Source: Minisyncoccota bacterium
GTDB taxonomy: Bacteria > Patescibacteriota > Minisyncoccia > Phycocordibacterales > CAJBRS01
DNA length: 64,000 nt
Reading direction: 5' to 3'
NCBI GenBank assembly: GCA_017881075.1
Contig: JADGRH010000001.1
Span: 59,639-123,638, forward strand
The position numbers were made by a program, and so were the translations under genes. Numbering within the stretch: the first letter of the stretch is position 1; each line of letters opens with the position of its first letter. Below, in pieces: positions 47,114 through 56,512 of this stretch. Under the pieces are notes generated by a model that saw only the letters and a list, made by a program, of their open reading frames with translations, searched no databases and was not told where the DNA came from.

Positions 47114-48280
47114 ATGCTAAATTTTTTTCACAGCTTTCATGGTAATGATCTATTAGATGTTATTCTGGTAGCCCTTTTTATCTATGTTGTTTTTATTTTT
47201 ATCAAACAGACTCGCTCTTACTTCATTTTCAATACCTTTCTGCTTCTTTTTGTCATTACCTATTTGTCGCGAACACTGGACCTTGCCCTAAGTCGTAAAC
47301 TATTTGAACCGTTAGTGGCTTTTTTCGCCATCATTTTTGTAGTGGTCTTTCAGCGTGAGATCCGTCGTTTTTTTAAATGGTTTGTTATCTCCCGTAATCG
47401 ACTGGGACGAAAAACCGAAACCATGATTACAACTCGCATTACCGACGCCATTGTGGAAGCGGTGGCTATAATGGCCAAGAAGAGAACAGGGGCTCTGATT
47501 ATTCTCTCCGGCGAATATCCTTTAGATGGCGTGGTAGAAGGAGGATTTTCTCTTGGTGGAGAAGTTTCCACCCCGCTTCTTTTAAGTATCTTTGACAGTC
47601 ATACTCCGGGTCACGACGGAGCGGTGTTGATTGATAATAAACGGGTCAAGAGTTTTGGTTTACATTTGCCTCTCACTGAAGAGTTCCGCGGCTCGCCAAC
47701 CCTAATGGGAACACGTCATCGGGCAGCTCTCGGGCTTTCAGAAAGAACGGACGCCATGATTATTGTGGTCTCGGAAGAGAGGGGAGCTATCTCTATCGCT
47801 CAAAATGGGGCACTACGAACAGTCCCCGATAGTGATAGTTTGGCGACCATCATCCGTGATTTCATTAAGGAAAATCCGCAAGAGACGCATGATTTCTGGT
47901 ATTACATTGTGGTTAAAAATTTTTTTATCAAGATTCTTTCTATTGTTATTGCTCTGGCTCTTTGGATTCTTCTTGTATTTCAGGGCAATATTTCTAATCG
48001 CGAGATCACGGTGCCGATTGAATTCAGTCATATTCCGGCGAGCGTCATTGTAGAGAAAGTGATTCCACCTGAAGTGAAGATTAATGTTTCAGGCAACAGC
48101 CGTGACGTTGCCGCTCTAAAAGAACAAGATGTAAGGGTTATTATTGATCTCTCTAAAGCGGTGGAGGGTAGCGAGCAATTTGATGTCACCAAAAAGGAAG
48201 TCGTTCTGCCGTCCTATCTTAATCTAGTCAGCATCAGCCCAACCAGAACCTTGGTCGGGCTACATAAAGTCGGACCGTGA
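47114..48280 (+). CDS. cdaA: Diadenylate cyclase CdaA fused to a YbbR-like (CdaR) domain
   Basis: 3 N-terminal TM helices. DAC domain with 'TPGHDGAVLI' and 'GTRHRAALGLSERTDAMIIVVSEERG'. Then an additional TM and ~130 aa 'REITVPIEFSHIPASVIVEKVIPPEVKINVSGNSRDVAAL...' resembling YbbR repeats. Confidence 0.75.
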   Translation: MLNFFHSFHGNDLLDVILVALFIYVVFIFIKQTRSYFIFNTFLLLFVITYLSRTLDLALSRKLFEPLVAFFAIIFVVVFQREIRRFFKWFVISRNRLGRKTETMITTRITDAIVEAVAIMAKKRTGALIILSGEYPLDGVVEGGFSLGGEVSTPLLLSIFDSHTPGHDGAVLIDNKRVKSFGLHLPLTEEFRGSPTLMGTRHRAALGLSERTDAMIIVVSEERGAISIAQNGALRTVPDSDSLATIIRDFIKENPQETHDFWYYIVVKNFFIKILSIVIALALWILLVFQGNISNREITVPIEFSHIPASVIVEKVIPPEVKINVSGNSRDVAALKEQDVRVIIDLSKAVEGSEQFDVTKKEVVLPSYLNLVSISPTRTLVGLHKVGP

Positions 48281-48411
48281 GCCTGGTGGTTTTGAGTTCG
48301 AGTCCTTAACCCCCAACAAATAAATAAAAGATAATTTTAAGATAATGTTATTGACAAAATGGCTAAATAGGCGTAGTTATATATTATTATTTGCTTAATA
48401 ATTATATTGCC

Positions 48412-49557
48412 ATGAAAAAACTTCAATTTTCAGCCATATTTTTCAGCCTAATTTTGACAGTGATGTTCTTTCCACATTTCGGATTGGCTGACACCGTTGG
48501 TCTCTCTGTGAGTAGTATGAGCAATAACAGGGTTCAGATTAACGTAAATGGCGACAGTAATTATTCTGTAGATCTTTTTTACCAAGTATCTCCGTCATCG
48601 CCCACCATCCCTGTTGGTTCTATTGGCACCACCGACTCAAGTGGTTACTTTTCTGCCATTCTAAATAGTGGCAGCTACAATCTCTCATCGGGTTATAGAG
48701 TATATGTGGAAGTGAATGGCCAGCAATCAAACACCGTGATCTGGCCGTCTTCTGACAATAACAATAACGACCAAATCACTTTCAGTCAGAACAATATAGA
48801 ATTGGATTATAACCAAAGCATCACCGTAAATATTTATGGTGGCTCCGGCTCGTATTATATTTCTTCCAATTCAAATTCTGATTTTGTCAACGCCTCAATC
48901 AGCGGTAATCAAATTTATCTCTCAACTGACAATAATAATCAGTATAACGGTGACTCGGCTACCATCCGTGTCTGTTCTCGTAATGGTAATTCAAGTTGTG
49001 GTTATCTGTATGTAACCCAGAGTGGCAATAATAATAATGAACAGGTTAGTTTCAGCCAAAATAATATTAATCTCAATATCGGCCAACAAGTTCAAACCAC
49101 TATCTACGGTTCCGGCAGTTACTACATTTCTAACAATTCTAATTCAAATGTGGTCAACGCTTATCTAAACGGCAATACTCTGAATATTACAGGAAGTCAA
49201 AGTGGTTCAGCCACTATCAGAGTTTGTTCCAATAATAGTAATTCAAGTTGTGGCAATCTTCATGTCAGTGTCAGTGGCAACTATTATAATAATAACAATG
49301 GCTACTACAATAATCCTCCCATCGTCTACGTTCAGAATCCAACCACTCCTATGTATACTCAGTCTATTTATGGCGGATTAGGCACGCCGTCCGCCGGAGT
49401 ATTCTTAAGCCATGTGCCTTCAACCGGCATCAGTTTCAATCTGAAAATGGCTCTCTTTTTCATCGGCCTCTTTATGTGGAGTGCTTTCGGTGCTTTTATG
49501 ATTCTTTCCTACCAAGAAAGCAAGAAATTACTGGCTGACCTAGAAAAGAGAAATTAA
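48412..49557 (+). CDS. Secreted surface protein with repeated Ig-like modules and a C-terminal VPSTG + TM + charged-tail sorting-signal-like module
   Basis: Signal peptide from the ATG at 48412. Repeated '...ATIRVCS.N.NSSCG.L.V..SG' modules. C-terminus 'HVPSTGISFNLKMALFFIGLFMWSAFGAFMILSYQESKK...'. Confidence 0.6.
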   Translation: MKKLQFSAIFFSLILTVMFFPHFGLADTVGLSVSSMSNNRVQINVNGDSNYSVDLFYQVSPSSPTIPVGSIGTTDSSGYFSAILNSGSYNLSSGYRVYVEVNGQQSNTVIWPSSDNNNNDQITFSQNNIELDYNQSITVNIYGGSGSYYISSNSNSDFVNASISGNQIYLSTDNNNQYNGDSATIRVCSRNGNSSCGYLYVTQSGNNNNEQVSFSQNNINLNIGQQVQTTIYGSGSYYISNNSNSNVVNAYLNGNTLNITGSQSGSATIRVCSNNSNSSCGNLHVSVSGNYYNNNNGYYNNPPIVYVQNPTTPMYTQSIYGGLGTPSAGVFLSHVPSTGISFNLKMALFFIGLFMWSAFGAFMILSYQESKKLLADLEKRN

Positions 49558-51008
49558 TTGGTGTAAATATTTACGCTGGCAGTATTATTATTTTCTTCAG
49601 TCTCGTTAATATTGTTATTAGGATCAACAGTGATTCTGATATTATTATTGCTCTGATTGTTTAATCCATCTAAACCGACGGTGTAGATTCGGCTTTCGCC
49701 ACCAGCCAGAGAGGGTTGGGTGCTATCAGTATCAAAGTTATTATTTGAGTAGTAATTGTTGTTTGAATTAGGCAAGCTGATCCGGAAGACCCAAGTGCCA
49801 CTAGAAGCCGAGCCATTGTTGGTGACTTGAAAACGGACGCCAGCTCGATCGCCATTATTGATTGAAGAAGTCTGAATGTATTGTCCGCTGGATCGATCAA
49901 TAATGCCGGTATCAAGGATACTTACCGAGAGATCTACTCCGTTTGAAGTTACTCCAGAATTAGTGGCGTTGATGGTGATTGATGCCATGTTATTATCTTT
50001 TCGCAATTCTTTCAATTGATCGGTCGGATCGATATTGATCTGCACCAGTCGGTTTTGTCCGGTCTGAACGTAATCAAAGTAGACTTCACCCGCCAGAGCA
50101 ATTCCGGGCGGAATAGAAGACTGATTGTAGAGATATTTGGTTTGATCAGAAGGGGAGACGGCGGGCAAAATAGCTCGTAAAGTCCAAGGGCCGGAAGGAG
50201 CGCTGCCAATATTATCTACTTGAAATTGAACGGTCACTCGGTCATTGGTATTGACGTCGGTGGTAGGAGTAAAGACTCCAGTATTTCGGTCTCGCACACC
50301 AATGGCCGTGATACGCACCACTAGGTCCGCTGTGCCACCGGCGGTTGGGGGATTGGAATAATTTGGATTGGCGTTTGAAGAAGAGGTGGCCTTCGGAGAA
50401 GTGTTGTTATTGTTTGATCCGTTATTGTTGGGTGGAATAGAAACAGCCGTATTAATAACTACTGAAGTTTCACCACTGACTACAATTTTTCCATCTAATT
50501 TAGAAATGAAATCAACCGAAACAGGGGCGGTGACGGCAGAGCCACTGTTATTAACGCCGATGAGTGTGAATGAAGTACTGGATGCTTCAAGGCGTAATTT
50601 ATTATTGCAGTCGACTGATTGATGATTATTGCCGGTCTGATATTCCAATTTAAAATTATTCTGGCAAGTGGTACTCAAATTGTAGTAGCCATCGATGGTT
50701 GCGCCAATGTGTTTAAAAGAAACGGTAAACGATTCTTCGGAATTGATTCGACTCTTGTCAGAGCTAACAGTGATTTTCTCTTTTGGAGAGAAAAGGGAAG
50801 AAAAGGAAAAGTTTACGGAAGCGAAAGAGGAGAGAGCGGCCGGTACCAGTTTAACGATACCGATGCTTAGAACGATTAAGACGATTAGAACAACTCCCAA
50901 GATCAAAATACGCAGGAGAATACTGCGAGAAGGGGTCTTTTCAGGAAGTTCCTCTCGGATTTCCTGTCGATTAATTGAAAAGTTATCGATGTTTTTGTCT
51001 TTTTCCAT
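49554..51008 (-). CDS. Membrane-anchored protein with two CARDB-like adhesion domains
   Basis: N-terminal TM anchor and Asn-rich linkers. Two modules end '...G.N.I.I.VDP.N.INE..E.NN', which is a CARDB-like ending. Confidence 0.5.
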   Translation of the reverse strand: MEKDKNIDNFSINRQEIREELPEKTPSRSILLRILILGVVLIVLIVLSIGIVKLVPAALSSFASVNFSFSSLFSPKEKITVSSDKSRINSEESFTVSFKHIGATIDGYYNLSTTCQNNFKLEYQTGNNHQSVDCNNKLRLEASSTSFTLIGVNNSGSAVTAPVSVDFISKLDGKIVVSGETSVVINTAVSIPPNNNGSNNNNTSPKATSSSNANPNYSNPPTAGGTADLVVRITAIGVRDRNTGVFTPTTDVNTNDRVTVQFQVDNIGSAPSGPWTLRAILPAVSPSDQTKYLYNQSSIPPGIALAGEVYFDYVQTGQNRLVQINIDPTDQLKELRKDNNMASITINATNSGVTSNGVDLSVSILDTGIIDRSSGQYIQTSSINNGDRAGVRFQVTNNGSASSGTWVFRISLPNSNNNYYSNNNFDTDSTQPSLAGGESRIYTVGLDGLNNQSNNNIRITVDPNNNINETEENNNTASVNIYTN

Positions 51009-51065
51009 AGTGTCGCTATTATATACTACATTTACTTTTTTGTCAAATAGAGCTATAATTGGCCT

Positions 51066-51719
51066 ATGAAACAGTCAGTAAAGTGGTATAAACACAAAGA
51101 GACCCTTTTCATTCTGCTCTTCGTTGGTATATTTTTCGTCTCCTTTGTCATTTTGTATTTTCTGGGACTAATTCCTAATGAGTTGATTGTTGATACCAGT
51201 AAGCCGAGCGCTCTGGACCAATTGAATGAACACTCCATTGAAAGTGTTGTTGGGGGCAATAACTCGAATAATTATTCAGTCACCATTCTCCAAGAAGAGC
51301 CCATCAAGATTGAGGCGGCCACAATCGGTTTAAGTTTCAGTATTGAAAACCCGACCACTGATAATTATCAGGCTCTGGATTCGGCACTGGTGAGGGGGGC
51401 GGTCCATTATCCCGGCTCCGGTTTTCCCGGTGCAGGCAACATGTTTATTTTTGGTCACAGCACCGGCTTCAAAGTAGTGAACAACAAGGCTTATCAAGTT
51501 TTCAATAATATTCACAATCTTCAGCAAGGTGATGAAATAAAAATTTATTCCAAGGACAAAGTTTATTCATATCGTGTCAGTTCGGTGAAGTTGGAAAAAG
51601 ACAGTAATGCTTATGTCAACTTCTCCACCAATATCAACAAATTAACTCTCTCTACCTGCAACAGTTTCGGCGCGAAAGAAGATAGGTATGTTGTGGAGGC
51701 AGACTACGTTAGCAGCTAA
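51066..51719 (+). CDS. Sortase-family transpeptidase
   Basis: N-terminal TM anchor. Catalytic His in 'IFGHSTG', Cys in 'LTLSTC' (TLXTC) and Arg in 'EDRYVVEADY'. Followed by a GC-rich hairpin ggggccggcgc-gga-gcgccggcccc. Confidence 0.75.
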   Translation: MKQSVKWYKHKETLFILLFVGIFFVSFVILYFLGLIPNELIVDTSKPSALDQLNEHSIESVVGGNNSNNYSVTILQEEPIKIEAATIGLSFSIENPTTDNYQALDSALVRGAVHYPGSGFPGAGNMFIFGHSTGFKVVNNKAYQVFNNIHNLQQGDEIKIYSKDKVYSYRVSSVKLEKDSNAYVNFSTNINKLTLSTCNSFGAKEDRYVVEADYVSS

Positions 51720-51853
51720 GGGGCCGGCGCGGAGCGCCGGCCCCGTTGACTATTTCTTCATATAGTGGTAGCAATTAGAGTGGGTAAAACCAACTATTTT
51801 CAATAGAAATTTGACAAATCAATAAAACAAAAAACAAGAAAGGGCAGTTACAG

Positions 51854-53821
51854 ATGCAACAGAACGAACCAACGCAACAGATTTCACATGCTCGCCTTCA
51901 AAAACGCTACCCCACTATGAGGATCGGTGAAGATGAGGATGAGTTCGCAGTAGATCTTGACACCACGAACACTGAGAAAAAAGGGAGACCAGTTAAGGAC
52001 CTGGATCGGGGTGAAAAACAACTTCATTTCGATCATCGGCTTCTCCGATATAATAAACCTGAATTGGCTGCAATGGCCGAACCGCTTTTGCCGGGAGATG
52101 TGAGAGAGACAAGCAATCTCTCCCTTATTTCGGGAAAGACTGGCCATGAAAGCGACGCCAGTCTTCACCGGGTTGTAAAACCCGAAATGGTCGGAGACGG
52201 AGAGAGAGGACGTGCTCTGGCTGAGAGACGACAAAAGAGACGGTTTCCCCGTGAAAATTTCGGCTTAGGAAAGCTCCAAGACGATCACATCAGAATCTAC
52301 GGCAATGCCATTGACGCCTTCGGCTCTCTAGGTCTGGTTAAAGGAAAATTCGAGGAAGGTTTCATTATCGACCTCGACCAGGGTGAAATCGAAGGAAACG
52401 TCGGCGGAAAGAGTGGCTTTAATCACAACACTCACAATATCAGTAATGTCGAGGGCGATGTCACCGGAACAACAGGAAATCCCAGCGGTTTCATAACAAA
52501 GGTAAATGTCACGGATTGGGGTAACTGGGAACAGATACTTCTTCTCTTTTTCGGGTACGATCCGCTTTTGTGGGATGGAACACCTCTTCCCTCTGATCTG
52601 GCTCCTAAGCCAGGAAGCGCCGTTGATCTTTATCGAATCGCCCGAAAAGCATACGAGACTGGCGGTGGAGGTTACACCCCTGAAATCAAGGCACTCTACG
52701 ATCTCTATCGGGTTGAGCTCGCAAGGGTTTGGAAAATCGCCGAAGAGATGCAACTGCCGTGTTATCTCGATCTGGTAACGACCGCCGACTGGAATGCCGG
52801 CGACTGGGTCTATCGAGATTTTTTCGAAAAGTGCCAAGCCAGGTACGAACAAGCGAAAAAAGACGGGGTAGAAAATCCCGTGGAAACACCATTCGTCCTT
52901 GTAAGACACGAAAGTGGCAATCTTCGCACCACGATCGCCTTGTTCTCGGAACTCGACGGTCGTTCTGATGCGGAAAAACAGTGGGAACTGCCGGATGAAC
53001 CAGTCATTCGGAACATCAGCGCGACAGTGCATTGGAGATCAGAGTGGATGCCTCAAGAAGAGATCGAGTGGCGAACGCGAGCTAATGAAAAAATCTCGCG
53101 TAAGAATATTCGTCGTCAGTTGCGTGGCAAAGAACCTTTGCCTCTGTGGCCTGTTGGATCTCTGATTCCAGAATGCGTGCGGCATGGATGGGACGGGGAG
53201 AGGAAGCTCACCCTAAGGCCCATCATAGAGTTTCCTAAACAGCCCGACAGGGAGGTCTGGAACTTTAAGCCGAGATCGGAAAGTGACGAACATTTCCACG
53301 CTCGAATGTTTCGGAAATATAGGATCTGTCCGCGACACCCACCCTTCTGGATTGAGGATTTCTATGTCTCGGTACCAGTCTATGCAGGTACAGGGAAAGT
53401 GAAATACCTCATTTGTCCGAAGATGTTGAAGATGCCGCCCGGTCCGATGCTACACGTTTCTCATGTGCGTGAATTGCTTCATAGGCCAAGAGCTGAAGCT
53501 CTGGCTTATGTGGATCGTCTTCAACCCAAAAAGCCGCAACTCAGCGCTAAAGCGCTTCAGTACATTAAAGGAAAGATGAAACCTTTGCCAAAGGAAGAGC
53601 GAAGAAGTAAAGCCAAACAGAAAACCAAGACTATCCCTCGGATTTCGGAACAACCTCCGAATTTGCCGAAGGAAGTTAATCTTCCTGCTTCAGCTACAAC
53701 TTCAACTTTAGTAGCACCGGCGCCGAATTCTTCCAAAACTCCGCCGGAACCCGAGACCCCAAAGACGGGGGTAATACGACGGCTTGCGGGTGCCGCCGCC
53801 TCCTTCTACATTAGGCAATAG
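51854..53821 (+). CDS. Large (655 aa) orphan protein, first gene of a compositionally distinct island
   Basis: Long ORF with coding-like periodicity and codon usage distinct from its neighbours (more GCC/CGC/GAG/AAG). No recognisable motif. Basic, Lys-rich C-terminal region. Confidence 0.5.
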   Translation: MQQNEPTQQISHARLQKRYPTMRIGEDEDEFAVDLDTTNTEKKGRPVKDLDRGEKQLHFDHRLLRYNKPELAAMAEPLLPGDVRETSNLSLISGKTGHESDASLHRVVKPEMVGDGERGRALAERRQKRRFPRENFGLGKLQDDHIRIYGNAIDAFGSLGLVKGKFEEGFIIDLDQGEIEGNVGGKSGFNHNTHNISNVEGDVTGTTGNPSGFITKVNVTDWGNWEQILLLFFGYDPLLWDGTPLPSDLAPKPGSAVDLYRIARKAYETGGGGYTPEIKALYDLYRVELARVWKIAEEMQLPCYLDLVTTADWNAGDWVYRDFFEKCQARYEQAKKDGVENPVETPFVLVRHESGNLRTTIALFSELDGRSDAEKQWELPDEPVIRNISATVHWRSEWMPQEEIEWRTRANEKISRKNIRRQLRGKEPLPLWPVGSLIPECVRHGWDGERKLTLRPIIEFPKQPDREVWNFKPRSESDEHFHARMFRKYRICPRHPPFWIEDFYVSVPVYAGTGKVKYLICPKMLKMPPGPMLHVSHVRELLHRPRAEALAYVDRLQPKKPQLSAKALQYIKGKMKPLPKEERRSKAKQKTKTIPRISEQPPNLPKEVNLPASATTSTLVAPAPNSSKTPPEPETPKTGVIRRLAGAAASFYIRQ

Positions 53822-53840
53822 TAGGGAAATAACGATAGTC

Positions 53841-53870
53841 GGCGTCGCGTCTTGCGCGACGCCTTTTTAA
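53841..53870 (+). terminator. Rho-independent terminator
   Basis: ggcgtcgcg-tctt-gcgcgacgcc + ttttt. Confidence 0.75.
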
Positions 53871-53960
53871 TTTTCCATTGACACCAGCTACTTATCATGA
53901 TAGATATCTGACTAGATATTGTAGGAAAAAACAACGAACAAAAACAAAAAGAAAGGTATT

Positions 53961-55424
53961 ATGATTAGTTTTTTGATAACACCGTGCAGGAAAATTTGGC
54001 CGAAAAAGCTGAAACCATGGCTTACGGCCACCATAGCCGTCGATATCGGCACCGACAATCTCGACATTTGTCTATGTGATTCAGACGGAAAGCCCGATGT
54101 CGACAAGATTCTTCAGCTGCCCACCGTTGCGCTCAAAATGGCTGATGGAGAAACTCTTCTCGCCATTGGGGATGAAGCTCGAGCGGTGATAGATCGTGTC
54201 TCTAATGATGCGGAAGAAAAAAGGCGTGTGGAGGTGATCCAGCCGGTCAGAAACGGCAAGATCGTCAATCGTCCAGTGGCGACAGCTCTTCTTAAGATGG
54301 GCCTCCGAGAGTTTTGGAAGCAGTATCCTCAAATCACGGATCAAACGCAAATCCGCCTGATTGTCACAGTGCCAATCAAGTTATCTCATGTCCAGGAACG
54401 AGAGGTAGTCAATGTGGCGCAAAACGCGACCACGAGGAATGACGATAGCAGCACCACTTCCGTCTCGGTTATCGATCAGCCGATGGCAGCAGCCATTGGT
54501 TCGGGAGTTTATAACCCGAAGAAAGTTATTGGGTCACTGATTTGTGACATCGGAGGGGGTACTCACCAGGTGATGGCCGTTTCCGGAGTAGCAGGTAACA
54601 TGGCCTCCAGGCTTTTGGAAGAAGGAGGCAACGCTTATACGGAGGTCATACAGGAGTATTGCCGCACCAAGCACAAGATCGATCCTGACTTCAACGAAGC
54701 CGAAAGGGTAAAGTGCGAGATCGGAGCAGCCGAGGTGGTTCCTGAAAAAGACGAGAACAACAAGATGACAGATGGTAATCGAACTACCAGAATCTATGGC
54801 AAACATCTCGAGACGCACTTGGGTGATTCGGTTGAATTGACCAGCGAGGAGTTGGTACCGGTCTTTGCTTCAATCCTTGGTCGTTTCGTGAGACTGATCA
54901 AGGAAGTGGGAGATGTCGCGCCCAAAGGAGTGGTTGCTGACATGGCAAAGCCAAACTCGGGTCTTTATCTTGCAGGCGGAGGCTCTCTGCTTCGCGGTCT
55001 GCCAGAATACCTGAAGAAAGAAACTGGTTACAATGTCTATGACATCCCGAATCCTCAAAGAGTTGTTGTGATTGGGGCGGCCATGGCACTGGGGAGTCCC
55101 ATCCTCTCCTTCAACTTTGTCCGGGAGCCTATCATTGAAGATCCAAAACGAAAGGGTTTGCCGAAAGCTGTCAAACGACCGTCGTTCAGCAACTTGAGCG
55201 GTCAAAGTCCGACCTTCAGATGCTCAACTCTTCCATCGGAGGATGGAGAATCGGATCCGGTCACCCAATACTCGAAGGGCACAACTTCTGATGGTAAGAC
55301 CTTCGAGGAGAAGGCCTTGCTCCTGGGTGTAGGCGTGAAGTATCTCGACGATCTCACACCCGCTGAGAAGAGACGACTCGCGGCGCAGAAGAAAATGCCG
55401 GTAATGGAGACGCAGACAGCCTAA
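53961..55424 (+). CDS. Divergent MreB-like actin-family ATPase with ~90-aa C-terminal extension
   Basis: 'IAVDIGTDNL' (phosphate 1), 'IDQPMAAAIGSG', 'GSLICDIGGGTHQVMAVS' (phosphate 2), 'GGNAYTEVIQEY...ERVKCEIGAA', 'GLYLAGGGSLLRGLPEYLKKETG' (adenosine motif). These align in the MreB order. Confidence 0.7.
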   Translation: MISFLITPCRKIWPKKLKPWLTATIAVDIGTDNLDICLCDSDGKPDVDKILQLPTVALKMADGETLLAIGDEARAVIDRVSNDAEEKRRVEVIQPVRNGKIVNRPVATALLKMGLREFWKQYPQITDQTQIRLIVTVPIKLSHVQEREVVNVAQNATTRNDDSSTTSVSVIDQPMAAAIGSGVYNPKKVIGSLICDIGGGTHQVMAVSGVAGNMASRLLEEGGNAYTEVIQEYCRTKHKIDPDFNEAERVKCEIGAAEVVPEKDENNKMTDGNRTTRIYGKHLETHLGDSVELTSEELVPVFASILGRFVRLIKEVGDVAPKGVVADMAKPNSGLYLAGGGSLLRGLPEYLKKETGYNVYDIPNPQRVVVIGAAMALGSPILSFNFVREPIIEDPKRKGLPKAVKRPSFSNLSGQSPTFRCSTLPSEDGESDPVTQYSKGTTSDGKTFEEKALLLGVGVKYLDDLTPAEKRRLAAQKKMPVMETQTA

Positions 55425-55442
55425 GGGTAGTAATTAGTCAGC

Positions 55443-55472
55443 GCCGCGGAAACCTAGTTTCCGCGGCTTTTT
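55443..55472 (+). terminator. Rho-independent terminator
   Basis: gccgcggaaacc-tag-tttccgcggc + ttttt. Confidence 0.8.
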
Positions 55473-55596
55473 ATATAAAGTAGCTTCTACGGTAAAATTT
55501 AATTGACGTATAAGATTTAGTGTGATAAGGTCAAAAAGAATTTTCATTTCGTCGAATTCTCGACGAAACAGCTCTTAAACAAAGAAAGGAACATAA

Positions 55597-56319
55597 ATGG
55601 CTAAACCAGCCGTAAAGAAAGTCTCAGTGCAGAGGCGCGCGGTTCAATTGGTCAGTCAATTCATTTGCGCTGGCCGCAAGTTTCATTGGCGCAGGGTCGG
55701 AATTACTCTTCTCATGCTTGTAGTTTTTCCAATCTTGATGTGCACTCTTTGGCATCACGGAGGAAAAATCGCTTCTCTCGGGTGGCGTACAACCACTCAA
55801 GGATTGCAATATTTTGGTAGTCACATGCAGATGGCAACGAAGTTGGCAAAAGTGCAGACAGCGCTCAACCTTACCGACTACGATCTTCGAGTGACACAGC
55901 AAAAGTTTGCCAACAAAACCGAAGAAGCGGCGGAAAATGCAGACGAGGCAAAGGCCGCGCACAAATCGGAAGCGGAGTTGCGTGAGTCCCTAGCTGCGAA
56001 GAAGGAATCTTTGGACGCCGAGAAAAAAGCCACCACTAGACTTGAGGGAGAGGTCACACAGGCAAACCTTAATGGCCAGAAGCGGGTGGAGAAAGCTCAA
56101 GCGGAAGCAGCTTCAAAGATCGCTGATGCCAATGGTGTAGCAGCGGCTGCCGTTAATCGCGCCAAAGTAGCCGAAGCTGCGGTAAACAAACTTCCAGACG
56201 AAAGTTTGAGCAAAGCCAAAGCCGAAGCGGAGCAAAAAAACGCCAGATTGGAAGCGGAGCTTAGACAATCGAGAGCGCGACACCTCGCAGACGTCAAAGA
56301 ATTACTGAAGGGCTATTAG
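55597..56319 (+). CDS. Membrane-anchored coiled-coil protein (island gene)
   Basis: One TM helix ('ITLLMLVVFPILMCTLW'), then a ~170-aa Ala/Glu/Lys-rich coiled coil. Followed by the terminator at 56334-56360. Confidence 0.45.
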   Translation: MAKPAVKKVSVQRRAVQLVSQFICAGRKFHWRRVGITLLMLVVFPILMCTLWHHGGKIASLGWRTTTQGLQYFGSHMQMATKLAKVQTALNLTDYDLRVTQQKFANKTEEAAENADEAKAAHKSEAELRESLAAKKESLDAEKKATTRLEGEVTQANLNGQKRVEKAQAEAASKIADANGVAAAAVNRAKVAEAAVNKLPDESLSKAKAEAEQKNARLEAELRQSRARHLADVKELLKGY

Positions 56320-56382
56320 TGCTCAATCAGGACGCAGTGCGGAACACCGATTCCCGCACTGCTTTTTATTTTAGGGCTGTTT

Positions 56383-56411
56383 CAAATTGCCCTTGACTTT
56401 ATTTCAGGGAT
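56383..56411 (+). promoter_or_regulatory. Candidate sigma70 promoter GCCC-TTGACT-N17-TAATAA (extended -10 TGa)
   Basis: ttgact at 56383-56388. tgataataa at 56403-56411. Confidence 0.5.
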
Positions 56412-56512
56412 GTGATAATAAGAGAAATGAATCGTCAATAGTTAATAAATCTTGAACAAGTATTCAGGGTTTATGTTGACAAACAAACAACGCAGACAAC
56501 CCGGGAGGGTTT

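Noticed and set aside
48281-48330. tRNA-like fragment (…ggtggttttgagttcgagtcc…)
   Set aside because: It has a T-loop-like GTTCGAGTCC but no acceptor, D or anticodon arms can be drawn. It is probably chance or a decayed remnant.
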